Assembly (NCBI GenBank): GCA_002937505.1 | Contig: PTJY01000003.1 | Span: forward strand, 128,060 to 192,059 | Direction: 5' to 3' | Length of the DNA stretch: 64,000 nucleotides | From: Alphaproteobacteria bacterium MarineAlpha12_Bin1 | GTDB lineage: Bacteria > Pseudomonadota > Alphaproteobacteria > UBA6615 | Shown: piece by piece, positions 28,394-38,844 of the stretch | How the letters are laid out: the number at the start of each line of letters is the position of its first letter | How positions within the stretch are numbered: position 1 is the stretch's first letter | Made by a program: the position numbers and the translations under genes | Notes under the pieces: generated by a model | Seen by the model: the letters and a program-made list of their open reading frames with translations, nothing else | Databases searched by the model: none | What the model was told of the DNA's origin: nothing

Positions 28394-28775
28394 AGGCTTA
28401 ACTTCTCTGCATAAATTACATGTTTAATTCATCAAAAAACTTAATAAATAGAACTAATTTAATTCGCCTGACATGCTAACATTATTTTCAAACTGCCAGA
28501 TAGAAAAATGAGATAAAAAATATTCCCTTATCAATTACTTTCAAACTCTAATTAATTACTTAGCCTGAAATATCAGTATATATTTTTATTTTTTCTCATC
28601 TAGTTCCGTTTCATAATTCTGAGTGCGTCAAAGCAACCCCTTGACCCTTAAACACACAACCTTATGCTGAATTACTAACCAATGTTTATTATTGACCTAA
28701 GTTAAAGTAAGATTGTTTGACGATTGACTCAAATGAGGGGTGCACACATTGACTGTGGTTGCACAATCAACTGGC

Positions 28776-29771
28776 ATGAGACGAGAAGAACAAACCAATT
28801 CTCTCGAAATTTTACGTGATCTATGCGGCAGTGATCTAAAAAAAGTAAACAAACTCATATTAAATAATATGGAGTCAGAGGTAGAGCTGATACCACAGCT
28901 CGCCGGACATCTGATATCAGCTGGTGGAAAAAGATTACGTCCTCTACTAACATTGGCCAGCGCTAAGCTCTGTAACTATGAAGGTGATAAACACATTGGA
29001 TTAGCAGCAGCAGTTGAGTTTATACATACCGCAACTTTGCTGCATGATGATGTTGTTGATAGCTCGGAATCACGGCGCGGACAAGAAACAGCTAATGCGG
29101 TCTGGGGAAATCAAGCAAGTGTATTAGTTGGAGATTTTTTATTTAGTCGTGCGTTCATGCTGATGGTTAAAAGCGACTCATTGAAGGTGCTTGCTATTTT
29201 AGCAAACGCAAGCGCAGTAATTGCTGAGGGCGAAGTCACTCAACTAACTACAGCAAACAACATATCAACAAATGAGGACACTTACCTAAAAGTCATAAGC
29301 TCAAAAACAGCTGCACTATTTTCCGCAGCGTGTCGAATTGGTGCTGTAATTAGTGATAGAACGGAGAATGAAGAAAATGCCTTAGATCAATACGGATTGA
29401 ACCTTGGCATTGCATTCCAACTAATGGACGATTTTCTCGATTATAATGGGATTAATAATCAGCTAGGAAAAGATGTGGGAGACGATTTCCGTGAAGGAAA
29501 AATAACCCTTCCAGTAATACTTGCATTTAAAAGGGGCAACACAAAAGAAAAGGCTTTCTGGCAAAGAACGCTAGAAAATTTAGATCAAAGTAATGGAGAT
29601 CTAGAGCAAGCCATCCACTTGTTAAAAAAATATGATGCGCTGAATGAAACACAAATTCGCGCTAGAAATTACACAGAAACTGCAAGAACTGTTCTGAATC
29701 AATTTCCAAAAGGCCCCTACAAAACTGCGTTGGAGGAGGTAGTTAATTTTTGTGTTGAAAGAACTTATTGA
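28776..29771 (+). CDS. ispB: polyprenyl (octaprenyl-type) diphosphate synthase
   Basis: Two DDxxD motifs (LHDDVVDS, MDDFLDY). Start placed at ATG 28776 (MRREEQ...), which matches IspB N-termini. The ORF track begins at an upstream GTG (28740). Confidence 0.8.
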   Translation: MRREEQTNSLEILRDLCGSDLKKVNKLILNNMESEVELIPQLAGHLISAGGKRLRPLLTLASAKLCNYEGDKHIGLAAAVEFIHTATLLHDDVVDSSESRRGQETANAVWGNQASVLVGDFLFSRAFMLMVKSDSLKVLAILANASAVIAEGEVTQLTTANNISTNEDTYLKVISSKTAALFSAACRIGAVISDRTENEENALDQYGLNLGIAFQLMDDFLDYNGINNQLGKDVGDDFREGKITLPVILAFKRGNTKEKAFWQRTLENLDQSNGDLEQAIHLLKKYDALNETQIRARNYTETARTVLNQFPKGPYKTALEEVVNFCVERTY

Positions 29772-29777
29772 GTGATT

Positions 29778-31259
29778 TCATAAATAAGGAGAACATAGAC
29801 GAGCTATCCCATCCCTTATTTTGATAAAAATACTTCTTTTTCTTAGTTCACTTATATTTAATGGTCTCGCCTTGTTAAGCTCATAGTCAAATATCTTTCC
29901 TAATTCCAGAGCTAAATCTACTCCTTGACACTCCAGGTTAAATTCAAAATTAAGAATTAAGCTACGTGGGTCCCAATTAGACGAACCTACCATTGACCAG
30001 CATTCGTCAACTATCATCATCTTAGAATGATTAAAAGGCTGTTTACCCAACCACACTCTACAGCCAACTGCTATTAACTCATCTACACGTGCCATTGTTG
30101 CCCAAGAAACAAAAGGAAGGTTAGACTTTTCTGGTAAGATAATATCAACATCAACACCACGGATTGCAGCTAAACTTAAGCCAGAAATTAGAGTTTCATC
30201 TGGTAAAAAATATGGAGTCATAATACATAGAGACTTTCGAGCTTCTCCTATTGCAGCAGCTATTATCCATCGGGCTCTTTCGAACGACTCATGGGGGCCT
30301 GAAGGAATTCCCCTAGCAACAACCCCTCCTTGACCATGAAGCACAGGGAACCACTTCTTTCCAGATAAGGACTCCTTAGTGGTAATATACCAATCATCAG
30401 CAAATGCCTCAGAAAGATGGGACACCAGAGGTCCTTCAATTTTAAAATGTGTATCCCTAATGGGAAACTTTACTTTTTGTTTAGTTACATTTGCAGAGCT
30501 TATATTCATGCCACCAGTAAATCCGATCTTACCGTCAACAACTAAAATTTTCTGATGGTTTCTTAAATTGAGATATGGCATTTTCCAAGGCCATAAAGAA
30601 AACATAAAACGTGCACTGGGTATATTAAAGGACCTCAAACCTCTTATGATTGGAGGCCAGGAATAAACCTGCCCAACGCCGTCAATTAATACCCGAACCT
30701 CAACATTACGATCTACCGCACGCCCTAGTGCCTCCAGAAATTTTTGACCTGTACGGTCATATTTAAAAATATAGGTCTCAAACCCTATAGAATGTTCTGC
30801 GTTATCTATTGCCTTTAGCATTTCTGGATAAGCCTTATCTCCATTAATTAAAGGATAAACACTATTACCAAAAGTGAGTTCATTAACTGCCAATACATTG
30901 GTTAGCCTGGTAAGCCCTTTGTGAATCCCACTATTTTTTATAGAAACTTTAGAATCGGAATCTGACACACTCTTTGAATTCTCATTACAGATAGACTGTA
31001 AATTATTTAATTTGTGCGCAGGCGCATCTGGCCTTATTCTAACTGCTCGTCTTTTAATCCGATTTATGCCCAATAAAAGATAGGCGATAGAACCTATAAG
31101 CGGAGAGAGTATTATTAAACCCACCCAAGCAATTGCCGCTCTTTCATTTCGTTTAAACAAAATAACAGTAGCTGATAATACAATAGCTAATATAAAAACA
31201 AATGTAGTAGCTACATAAGGCCAATATTGTTGTATCAATTCGAACACTTTTTCCAACAT
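29778..31259 (-). CDS. cls: cardiolipin synthase (PLD superfamily)
   Basis: Two HKD motifs (HQKILVVDG..., HSKMMIVDE...). Two N-terminal TM helices. Confidence 0.8.
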   Translation of the reverse strand: MLEKVFELIQQYWPYVATTFVFILAIVLSATVILFKRNERAAIAWVGLIILSPLIGSIAYLLLGINRIKRRAVRIRPDAPAHKLNNLQSICNENSKSVSDSDSKVSIKNSGIHKGLTRLTNVLAVNELTFGNSVYPLINGDKAYPEMLKAIDNAEHSIGFETYIFKYDRTGQKFLEALGRAVDRNVEVRVLIDGVGQVYSWPPIIRGLRSFNIPSARFMFSLWPWKMPYLNLRNHQKILVVDGKIGFTGGMNISSANVTKQKVKFPIRDTHFKIEGPLVSHLSEAFADDWYITTKESLSGKKWFPVLHGQGGVVARGIPSGPHESFERARWIIAAAIGEARKSLCIMTPYFLPDETLISGLSLAAIRGVDVDIILPEKSNLPFVSWATMARVDELIAVGCRVWLGKQPFNHSKMMIVDECWSMVGSSNWDPRSLILNFEFNLECQGVDLALELGKIFDYELNKARPLNISELRKRSIFIKIRDGIARLCSPYL

Positions 31260-31411
31260 CCTAAATTTTACAAAAAACTAGGCTAAAATTACCTATCTAA
31301 TAATGGTATTATTAGAAGGCTTGCTCTAATTTGATGTGTGCAGCAGTTCACATCTGCATAAAGCAGTGATTAAATTTTAAATCAAGTATAGTTCTTAAAC
31401 TCATATAAATT

Positions 31412-31852
31412 TTGGAGTCATATGTAGTGAATTCTTTGGCCATTCTTAAAAGAATATTCTATCCGAACACCAACACTGTAAAAAGTGCGTGGAGTGCCGC
31501 TGTTAATAGCTGCTATAGTTCAAGCATATTGGCTCTCAATCGTTTACTGTTTGGGACTGTATGGCTATCTACCCCACAACCTATTGGACCAGGACTTGCA
31601 CAGATAGGAGTAGGATTTTTCTATATTCTTATGGCTTTCTTAGCTTTTCGACGTTCGAGAATAGCCTGCGTAATTATACTACTTTTTTCTGTGATCGAAG
31701 TACTAATTGAAGTTCTATTTGTAATAATAATAAGAAATGAGATTAGACTTTCTTTTTTTATAGTTTTGATTTCTCTGGTATTAGCTTTTGGAGGGTTTAG
31801 AGGGGCTAACGCTATTTTTTCACATTATAAAAATTCTAACTCTAAAACATAA
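31412..31852 (+). CDS. hypothetical membrane protein
   Basis: 146-aa ORF with 3 predicted hydrophobic helices. No recognisable motif. Confidence 0.35.
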   Translation: MESYVVNSLAILKRIFYPNTNTVKSAWSAAVNSCYSSSILALNRLLFGTVWLSTPQPIGPGLAQIGVGFFYILMAFLAFRRSRIACVIILLFSVIEVLIEVLFVIIIRNEIRLSFFIVLISLVLAFGGFRGANAIFSHYKNSNSKT

Positions 31853-31873
31853 TAACCGTTAAAGGAAAAAATA

Positions 31874-32512
31874 ATGACTGCAATGAGAATCTGTTTCGTT
31901 GGTGATAGCATCACCGTGGGAAGTGGAGACAATCACTTTCTAGGTTGGCCTGGCAGACTGTGTCAGCATGAAACAAAAAACGGTCATGATGTAACACTGT
32001 ATAACTTAGGAGTTCGGGGAGATACTTCTGACATGGTTATGAATAGATGGAAAAGAGAATGTGAAGTCCGTTTACCCATTCATGTAAGTGGTCGATTAGT
32101 TATGTCCTTCGGACTAAATGACACCGCAGAAGAGGCAAACAGTGGAATTAGGGTACCCATGAACAAAACCATTGCAAATATAACAACAGTTTTAGACGAA
32201 GCCAAAAACTGGCTTCCAACAATAATGGTCGGACCAGTACCAATAATAGAGGACATGCAACCCTACATTTTCCCTGATGGAACAGCATACCAATATTCAA
32301 ATACACGAATAGCCGAATTAAATGATCACTTAGCCAAAATTTGCTTGTCCATGGACATACAATATTTAAATCTTTTTGAAATACTGATCGACAATGAAGA
32401 TTGGATAGAAAGTCAACGAGAGTGCGATGGAGTTCACGCTACTGACAAAGGGTATGAGACAATCCACAAAATAGTAATGAATTGGGATTCATGGCGATCT
32501 TGGTTTTCCTAA
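31874..32512 (+). CDS. SGNH/GDSL-family hydrolase
   Basis: ICFVGDSITVG block I with catalytic Ser. C-terminal DGVHAT (DxxH) block V. Confidence 0.65.
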   Translation: MTAMRICFVGDSITVGSGDNHFLGWPGRLCQHETKNGHDVTLYNLGVRGDTSDMVMNRWKRECEVRLPIHVSGRLVMSFGLNDTAEEANSGIRVPMNKTIANITTVLDEAKNWLPTIMVGPVPIIEDMQPYIFPDGTAYQYSNTRIAELNDHLAKICLSMDIQYLNLFEILIDNEDWIESQRECDGVHATDKGYETIHKIVMNWDSWRSWFS

Positions 32513-32575
32513 TTCATAAGATAGGGTGGGCCCGATCAACAATAATGACCAGGCCCAACTAAATATTATAAAAAT

Positions 32576-33661
32576 TTACTGAGGTATTTTCCCCTCAACT
32601 CCCTGTACATAGAAGTTCATACCGAGAAGCATTCCGTCCGAAGCAACTTTTCCTGCTGGCACAACAATCTTTCCTGATTGATCTTTGATAGGCCCTGTAA
32701 AAGCATGCACTGATCCGTCAATTATACCTATCCGTGCCTTTTCAGCCATTGCAACCACGTCTTTGGGGATTGCTTTGTTATATGGCGCCATAAGCACCAT
32801 ACCAGATTTAAACCCTCCCCAAGTGTCACCAGATTTCCAGGTCCCATCTAATACGGCCTGGGTTCTCGAAATATAATATGGAGCCCAATTATCAATAATG
32901 GCAGTAAGATGAGCTTTAGGGCCAAATGCAGTCATGTCAGAGGCTTGACCTAACGCCCAAACACCTCTTTTTTCCGCAACTTGAACTGGTGCAGGTGAAT
33001 CCGTATGTTGCATGATGATATCAGCGCCTTGGTCCACAAGGGTTTTAGCAGCATCAGCTTCTTTTCCAGGATCAAACCAAGTTGAAACCCAAACCACCTT
33101 AATTTTCACCTTGGGATTTACCGACCTTGCTGCTATCGATACAGCATTAATTCCTCGAATTACCTCAGGGATAGGAAACGAAGCAACATAGCCAATCACA
33201 TTGGACTTAGTCATTTTCCCAGCTATTAGGCCTGCCACATGACGACCTTCGTAAAAACGACCGGAATAGGTAGAGACATTTTTATCTCTTTTAAAGCCTG
33301 TCGCATGTTCAAAATGCACTTTCGGATGCTTTTTAGCTACTTTTAAAGTAGGATTCATATAGCCAAAAGACGTAGTGAAGATCAGATTATGACCTGTACT
33401 GGCAAGCTGGTTAATAACCCTCTGAGCGTCGGCACCTTCTGGTACCTTCTCGACATAGGTGGTTTTGACTTTTCCACCAAATTTCTTTTCGACAGCAAGT
33501 CTTCCTTCATTATGTTCATATGACCAACCATGATCGCCAATTGGTCCGACATAAACAAAACCAACTTTTAGCGGATCAGCCTGAGAAACTGTTATGGCCG
33601 ATAGAAATAAAAACGAAACTGCTGAAATAGCTAGAGATGTTAGTATACTTGGTAACTTCAT
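32576..33661 (-). CDS. BMP-family (PnrA/Med-like) ABC substrate-binding lipoprotein, purine-nucleoside type
   Basis: Signal peptide. LKVGFVYVGPIGDHGWSYEHNEG is typical of basic membrane protein family substrate-binding proteins. Confidence 0.8.
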   Translation of the reverse strand: MKLPSILTSLAISAVSFLFLSAITVSQADPLKVGFVYVGPIGDHGWSYEHNEGRLAVEKKFGGKVKTTYVEKVPEGADAQRVINQLASTGHNLIFTTSFGYMNPTLKVAKKHPKVHFEHATGFKRDKNVSTYSGRFYEGRHVAGLIAGKMTKSNVIGYVASFPIPEVIRGINAVSIAARSVNPKVKIKVVWVSTWFDPGKEADAAKTLVDQGADIIMQHTDSPAPVQVAEKRGVWALGQASDMTAFGPKAHLTAIIDNWAPYYISRTQAVLDGTWKSGDTWGGFKSGMVLMAPYNKAIPKDVVAMAEKARIGIIDGSVHAFTGPIKDQSGKIVVPAGKVASDGMLLGMNFYVQGVEGKIPQ

Positions 33662-33702
33662 AATACCCCTCCTTTGAATACCTTAGTTTACCAACATTCA
33701 TT

Positions 33703-33747
33703 AAAAAACTGTCCTCAAGGTTCAGGTGAGTTTGCTGAAACCCGAGG
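33703..33747 (-). terminator. intra-operon hairpin plus T-run between permease and substrate-binding-protein genes
   Basis: On the minus strand: CCTCGGGTTTCAGC-aaactca-CCTGAACCTTGAGG then acagTTTTTT. Could act as an attenuator or terminator setting permease-to-binding-protein stoichiometry. Confidence 0.35.
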
Positions 33748-33805
33748 ATAAGCCTTAATATTTACCTCTTGATATTTATCTAATTTTCTTAATTAGCATT
33801 TATGC

Positions 33806-34732
33806 TCATCCGTGGGGGTGAAAGCTCTTACCAAGACAAGCGGGAGCGCTAATCCTGATCCGAAAATCATCTCTAGATATCATAACTAGCACTATAATAG
33901 TTACTAAATATGGCAACATAGATAAAACCTGAGATGGCACATCGACCCCGAAGCCCTGCGCATGTAACTGTATAATAGTGATACCGCCAAATAGATAAGC
34001 TCCAAAAAAAGCCCTCCAAGGCCTCCATGAAGCAAAGACCACTAACGCCAAAGCAATCCAACCTCTACCAGCAGACATATTTTCAACCCAAAGTGGTGTA
34101 TGAGCCAAAGATAAGTACGCCCCCCCTAATCCTGCCATAGCGCCACCAAAAAGTATTGCAAATAAACGTATAAGGGTTACAGAAAATCCAATAGAGTGAG
34201 CAGCATCATGATTTTCACCGACAGCACGTAATGCCAACCCCCAACGCGTACGCATCAAAAACCACGTTACCAGTATGGCCATAAAAACAGACAAATAGAC
34301 CATAAAATCCTGCTCAAACACCAGTGGACCAAGGCCCCGAATATCACTAAAGAAAGGCGTGTTAAGCTTAGGTAAGCTGTTTATTGTCTGACCTACAAAC
34401 TCATGACCAAGCAATGCACTTAAGCCAACGCCAAATATTGTCAATGCTAGGCCAGTCGCAACCTGATTCGAGTATAAATATAAAGTTAGAAATCCAAAAA
34501 TAAACGACAATAATAACCCTGAGAAAGCCCCAGCAATTACTCCAATATAGGGATTTCCTGTCTTAACGGTAACTGCAAAAGCACCAACAGCACCTACAAT
34601 CATCATCCCTTCAACACCGAGATTTAAAACCCCTGATTTTTCAACAACTATCTCTCCTATTGCTGCAAACACCAGTGGGGTAGAAGCTGTTATAATTGTT
34701 AATAATGCTGGAATAACGAACTCAATTATCAT
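33806..34732 (-). CDS. ABC transporter permease (BMP-associated)
   Basis: 308-aa polytopic membrane protein adjacent to the second permease and the ATPase. Confidence 0.75.
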   Translation of the reverse strand: MIIEFVIPALLTIITASTPLVFAAIGEIVVEKSGVLNLGVEGMMIVGAVGAFAVTVKTGNPYIGVIAGAFSGLLLSFIFGFLTLYLYSNQVATGLALTIFGVGLSALLGHEFVGQTINSLPKLNTPFFSDIRGLGPLVFEQDFMVYLSVFMAILVTWFLMRTRWGLALRAVGENHDAAHSIGFSVTLIRLFAILFGGAMAGLGGAYLSLAHTPLWVENMSAGRGWIALALVVFASWRPWRAFFGAYLFGGITIIQLHAQGFGVDVPSQVLSMLPYLVTIIVLVMISRDDFRIRISAPACLGKSFHPHG

Positions 34733-34753
34733 TAGTCAGTATCCGTAAGCCCC

Positions 34754-35809
34754 TCAATTTATCTTTACACGATAACGAATTAAAACATCACTCGCTAAAA
34801 GAAAAAAAAGTAACATACCCTGAAAAACCCCAGTAACAGCACTAGGAAGATTCATTGTTATTTGTGCTGAATCTCCTCCAAGATACGTGAGCGCCATCAA
34901 AATTCCTGAAAATATAACTCCAATAGGATGCAAACGACCCAAAAAAGCAACAATGATTGCGGTAAAACCGTAACCCGGAGAAATAACTGGAACAATCTGT
35001 CCTATAGGGCCCGCAACCTCTATAACTCCAGCTAAACCAGCAGTACCGCCACTTATCATTAACGCAAACCAAATCAATCTCTTTTGTTTGAAACCGGCAA
35101 AACTAGCTGCAGCAGGTGCAAGCCCTACCACTCTTATTTGGAAGCCAACAACGTGTTTAAAAATAAACAACCATGCAAAAATCGCCACTCCCAATGCTAT
35201 TAGAAAACCAATATGTAGCCTCGTACCTTCTATTAATAAGGGCATCAAAGCTGAATCATGAAACAATCTAGATTCAGGAAAATTAAATCCATCTGGATCC
35301 CTCAATGGGCCGTGTATCAGATAACTCAGTATTAAAAGCCCTACATATGTTAGCATCAAACTAGTTAAAATTTCATTTGTATTAAATCGTGTTTTAAGCA
35401 GAGCAGGAATTGCTGCCCAAATCATACCTCCAAAAGTCCCGGCTATAAGCATTGCTGGAATCAAAAATGGGGTTTCAAATTCATAAAAAGCTAATGCGAG
35501 CCCTCCACCAAACAAAGCCCCTATTGTAAGTTGTCCTTCAGCTCCAATGTTCCAAACATTAGCCTGGAAGCCAATTGAGAGCCCTATAGCAATTAATATT
35601 AGGGGAGCAGCTTTCACTAACAATTCTGCAATTCCATCCAAAGTTGAAATGGGTTCAATGAAGAAAGCGTCTAATGCCTGTAGTGGGTCTGTTCCCAACA
35701 GCCTAAACATAACCATTCCAGCCAATAAAGTAAGAAGAACTGCTATTATTGGCGACTGATAAATCATCACCCGCGAAGGCACGGCCCGGGGTTCTAACTT
35801 AAATACCAT
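34754..35809 (-). CDS. ABC transporter permease (BMP-associated)
   Basis: 351-aa polytopic membrane protein. 11-nt overlap with the ATPase gene. Confidence 0.75.
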   Translation of the reverse strand: MVFKLEPRAVPSRVMIYQSPIIAVLLTLLAGMVMFRLLGTDPLQALDAFFIEPISTLDGIAELLVKAAPLILIAIGLSIGFQANVWNIGAEGQLTIGALFGGGLALAFYEFETPFLIPAMLIAGTFGGMIWAAIPALLKTRFNTNEILTSLMLTYVGLLILSYLIHGPLRDPDGFNFPESRLFHDSALMPLLIEGTRLHIGFLIALGVAIFAWLFIFKHVVGFQIRVVGLAPAAASFAGFKQKRLIWFALMISGGTAGLAGVIEVAGPIGQIVPVISPGYGFTAIIVAFLGRLHPIGVIFSGILMALTYLGGDSAQITMNLPSAVTGVFQGMLLFFLLASDVLIRYRVKIN

Positions 35810-37346
35810 TTAATAAATTATCTTCCTGAGAATTAACAATCACGCCACCCATTAACATTCCCACTTCTTCTAAGGTAATATCTTCTAATTGTTTTGGTGA
35901 AGACAACCTCCCCTCGTAGATAACGCAGATAGTGTCTACTATTTCGAAAAGTTCTTCGAGATCCTGTGATATGACTAAAACAGCTGCACCTTGCTCTGCT
36001 AAATTGATTAAAGATTGTCGAATATACGCTGCCGATCCAGCATCAACGCCCCACGTGGGTTGCATTGCTATTACAATATTTGGATTCTGTATTATCTCTC
36101 TACCAAATATAAATTTCTGCAGGTTTCCTCCTGAAAGACTAGAAGCTAAACTTCTAATACCTGATGTCTTAACGTCATAATTAGTAACTATATTTGATGC
36201 ATATTTATCAGTTTTTAGTTTTCTCAAGAACCCGTTATTAGCCAATTTCATTCTTGTAAAGCCAGAGAGAAATGCATTCTCTGATAAACCCATTTGGGGC
36301 ACTGCTCCATGCCCTAATCTTTCCTCCGGAACAAAAACCATTCCTAGCGAACGACGGTCATTGGGTCCAATATTTCCTACATTTTTTCCAGAAATAACAA
36401 TGCTTTCTGCTTTATTACCTAACTCTTCTCCGCTCAAAACATTCATTAGTTCTCTCTGACCATTTCCTGCAACGCCAGCAACACCTAAAATTTCACCCCC
36501 ACGAACCTCTAAAGAAATATTTTTTAGATCAGTGCCATAACTTTGCTTCGCCCTATAACTAAGATCCTTTAATAAAATTTGTGGTTTGCCAAATTGTGAA
36601 TTCTTTTTTCTAGTTGGTTTTTCTAGGCTTCTCCCCATCATTTTTTCGGCCAAACTTCGAGGGGTCTCATTTTTCGGATTACAGGTATCAACTAAATTAC
36701 CCATCCTTAAAATTGTTGCTGTGTGACATAATTCCTTTATCTCTTGGAGCTTATGACTAATGTATAGTATTGATACTCCATCATTTGATAATCGATTTAA
36801 TGTTTTAAATAGACTCTCTACTTCTTGTGGAGTCAAAACAGAAGTGGGTTCATCCATTATCAATAAACTTGGGTTTTGCAAAAGACATCTCACCACCTCA
36901 ATTCTCTGTCTTTCTCCAACTGATAGTGTGTGCACGTATCTCTGCGGCTCTAAGGGCAATCCATAACGGGAGGAGATTTCTATAATTCTTTCTTTAATGC
37001 CTGCTTTTACTACCTTACTAGAGACTCCTAAAACAATATTTTCTTCAACAGTCATGGCATCAAATAATGAAAAGTGCTGAAAAACCATTCCAATACCCAA
37101 TCTTCTGGCTACATTAGGACTTGTGACTTGGGTTTTCTTACCTTCCCATATTAACGTCCCTGAATCTGCTTTCTGAACACCATAAATACATTTCACTAAC
37201 GTACTTTTACCCGCACCATTCTCCCCCAAAAGAGCGTGTATTTCACCCGGCATAACCTTAAGATTAATATTATTATTCGCTTGAACCCGAGGATAACGTT
37301 TAGTAATTCCTATAAGTTCTAATCTAGGGGTTAAATCCATATCCAC
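35799..37346 (-). CDS. ABC transporter ATP-binding protein with two fused nucleotide-binding domains
   Basis: Walker A GENGAGKST plus a second GVAGNGQ motif. LSGG signature sequences. 515 aa. Confidence 0.85.
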   Translation of the reverse strand: MDMDLTPRLELIGITKRYPRVQANNNINLKVMPGEIHALLGENGAGKSTLVKCIYGVQKADSGTLIWEGKKTQVTSPNVARRLGIGMVFQHFSLFDAMTVEENIVLGVSSKVVKAGIKERIIEISSRYGLPLEPQRYVHTLSVGERQRIEVVRCLLQNPSLLIMDEPTSVLTPQEVESLFKTLNRLSNDGVSILYISHKLQEIKELCHTATILRMGNLVDTCNPKNETPRSLAEKMMGRSLEKPTRKKNSQFGKPQILLKDLSYRAKQSYGTDLKNISLEVRGGEILGVAGVAGNGQRELMNVLSGEELGNKAESIVISGKNVGNIGPNDRRSLGMVFVPEERLGHGAVPQMGLSENAFLSGFTRMKLANNGFLRKLKTDKYASNIVTNYDVKTSGIRSLASSLSGGNLQKFIFGREIIQNPNIVIAMQPTWGVDAGSAAYIRQSLINLAEQGAAVLVISQDLEELFEIVDTICVIYEGRLSSPKQLEDITLEEVGMLMGGVIVNSQEDNLLNGI

Positions 37347-37590
37347 ACAAATGCCTTTATCTTATCGAAGACTCAAACTTAATTGATTTAATTATGTTAA
37401 ATTTAGTTTAACATTCATAAGATATGACAAAATTAACCACAACCTACAATGGGATAACAGTTATTACGACAAACTGAATTCTAATTTTTAGCAACCCACT
37501 CAATTAAAGCATTAGTTTTCCGTATAGCTAAATCAAAAACAATAGTTAAATTAATGGATGTGTATAAAACTGATGGACAGAAAAATATTT

Positions 37591-38043
37591 ATGAAGCGAG
37601 CAATAGAAATAGCTGAAAAAAATGTCTCGGATTTGCTTGGAGGACCATTCGGAGCAGTAATTGTAAGAGAAGGAAATATTATTGGCGAGGGAAGTAATAC
37701 AGTTACCAGCACTAATGATCCAACCGCACATGCAGAAATAAACGCCATAAGACAGGCATGCCAAAACACTAGTTCATTTAATCTCTCTAACTCTACGATT
37801 TATACTAATTGTGAACCTTGTTCCATGTGCCTTAGCGCAATCTATTGGGCAAGAATTGAACAAATATTTTTTGCTAATACTAAAACCGATGCTGCAGAAA
37901 TAGGGTTTGATGATGATATAATCTACAAAGAAATAATTCTACCAGCTGAAAAAAGAAGCATACCCGCCCAACAAATCTTTATTGATGAAGCCACTATAGC
38001 GTTTCGTGCTTGGGAGAAGTCATTATCTAAAACCAATTATTGA
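37591..38043 (+). CDS. guaD: guanine deaminase, GuaD type (CDA fold)
   Basis: Near-colinear with Bacillus subtilis GuaD as I recall it: GGPFGAVIV, NDPTAHAEINAIRQAC, CEPCSMCLSAIYWARI, DAAEIGFDDDIIYKEI. The ORF track starts 33 nt upstream at 37558. MKRAIEIAEK is the likelier start. Confidence 0.75.
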   Translation: MKRAIEIAEKNVSDLLGGPFGAVIVREGNIIGEGSNTVTSTNDPTAHAEINAIRQACQNTSSFNLSNSTIYTNCEPCSMCLSAIYWARIEQIFFANTKTDAAEIGFDDDIIYKEIILPAEKRSIPAQQIFIDEATIAFRAWEKSLSKTNY

Positions 38044-38153
38044 GCAAACTCATATTTTATGAAGTTAAATTACTTAAATGATATATTTATTAAGCTTTCC
38101 ACCTATAATGAAAAAAACTAATTTTATTAAGACATCATACAAATAATGTCACA

Positions 38154-38816
38154 ATGCCAAATGGAGTCATAACTATGACACCTTCTACAAGTCAAAAAAT
38201 GAATAGCAATTATATTACCTCCTTGGAAGAATTGAATGAGCTATATGGCGAATCTCCTGAAGGGGCTATTAAAAAAGAAATTGGCTATATTTCCGATCAA
38301 TATAAAAAATTTATAGAATCTTCGCCTTTTGTAATTATAGCTACAAGTGGCTCTGGTGGACTGGACTGCTCTCCCCGTGGTGATCCTCCTGGTTTTGTAA
38401 AAGTAGTTAATAAGAAAACTCTACTAATACCAGACCGAAGAGGAAATAACCGTGTTGATAGTTTAAGTAATATTATTGAAGATCCCCGTATATCACTTCT
38501 GTTTCTAATCCCAGGTATAGGAGAAACCATCAGAATAAATGGGTCTGCTAAAATTTGTGTAGACCCTGATCTTTGCAACACTTTTTCAATGAATGGAAAA
38601 AATCCAAAAAGTATAATTGAGGTTGTAGTTGGCACTATTTACTACCAGTGCCCTAAAGCACTAGTTAGATCAAAATTATGGGACGCTGACAGTCAAATAG
38701 AAAGAAAAAAGCTGCCAACAACTGGTTCAATTCTCGAGGCAATAACCGAAGGAAAAATCGATGGAAATGAATACGATAAAGCATATCCTAACCGACTCAA
38801 AGAGACGATCTACTAA
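38154..38816 (+). CDS. pyridoxamine 5'-phosphate oxidase-family (FMN-binding split-barrel) protein
   Basis: 220 aa. IIATSGSGGLDCSPRG ... LLIPD is PNPOx-like. A GGAG SD sequence favours the internal ATG at 38175 as the start. Confidence 0.5.
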   Translation: MPNGVITMTPSTSQKMNSNYITSLEELNELYGESPEGAIKKEIGYISDQYKKFIESSPFVIIATSGSGGLDCSPRGDPPGFVKVVNKKTLLIPDRRGNNRVDSLSNIIEDPRISLLFLIPGIGETIRINGSAKICVDPDLCNTFSMNGKNPKSIIEVVVGTIYYQCPKALVRSKLWDADSQIERKKLPTTGSILEAITEGKIDGNEYDKAYPNRLKETIY

Positions 38817-38844
38817 AAGATAATTTGTTGAAAAGGAAAATAAG

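Noticed and set aside
31330-31365. Hairpin GATGTG-N10-CACATC between cls and the hypothetical membrane protein
   Set aside because: It has a 6-bp stem with a long loop and no T-run. That is too weak to call a terminator or operator.
37347-37590. Purine riboswitch upstream of guaD / nucleoside ABC operon
   Set aside because: The gap lacks the conserved UAUA...GGGA...CUAC-type purine-aptamer core. Only AT-rich promoter-like sequence is present.
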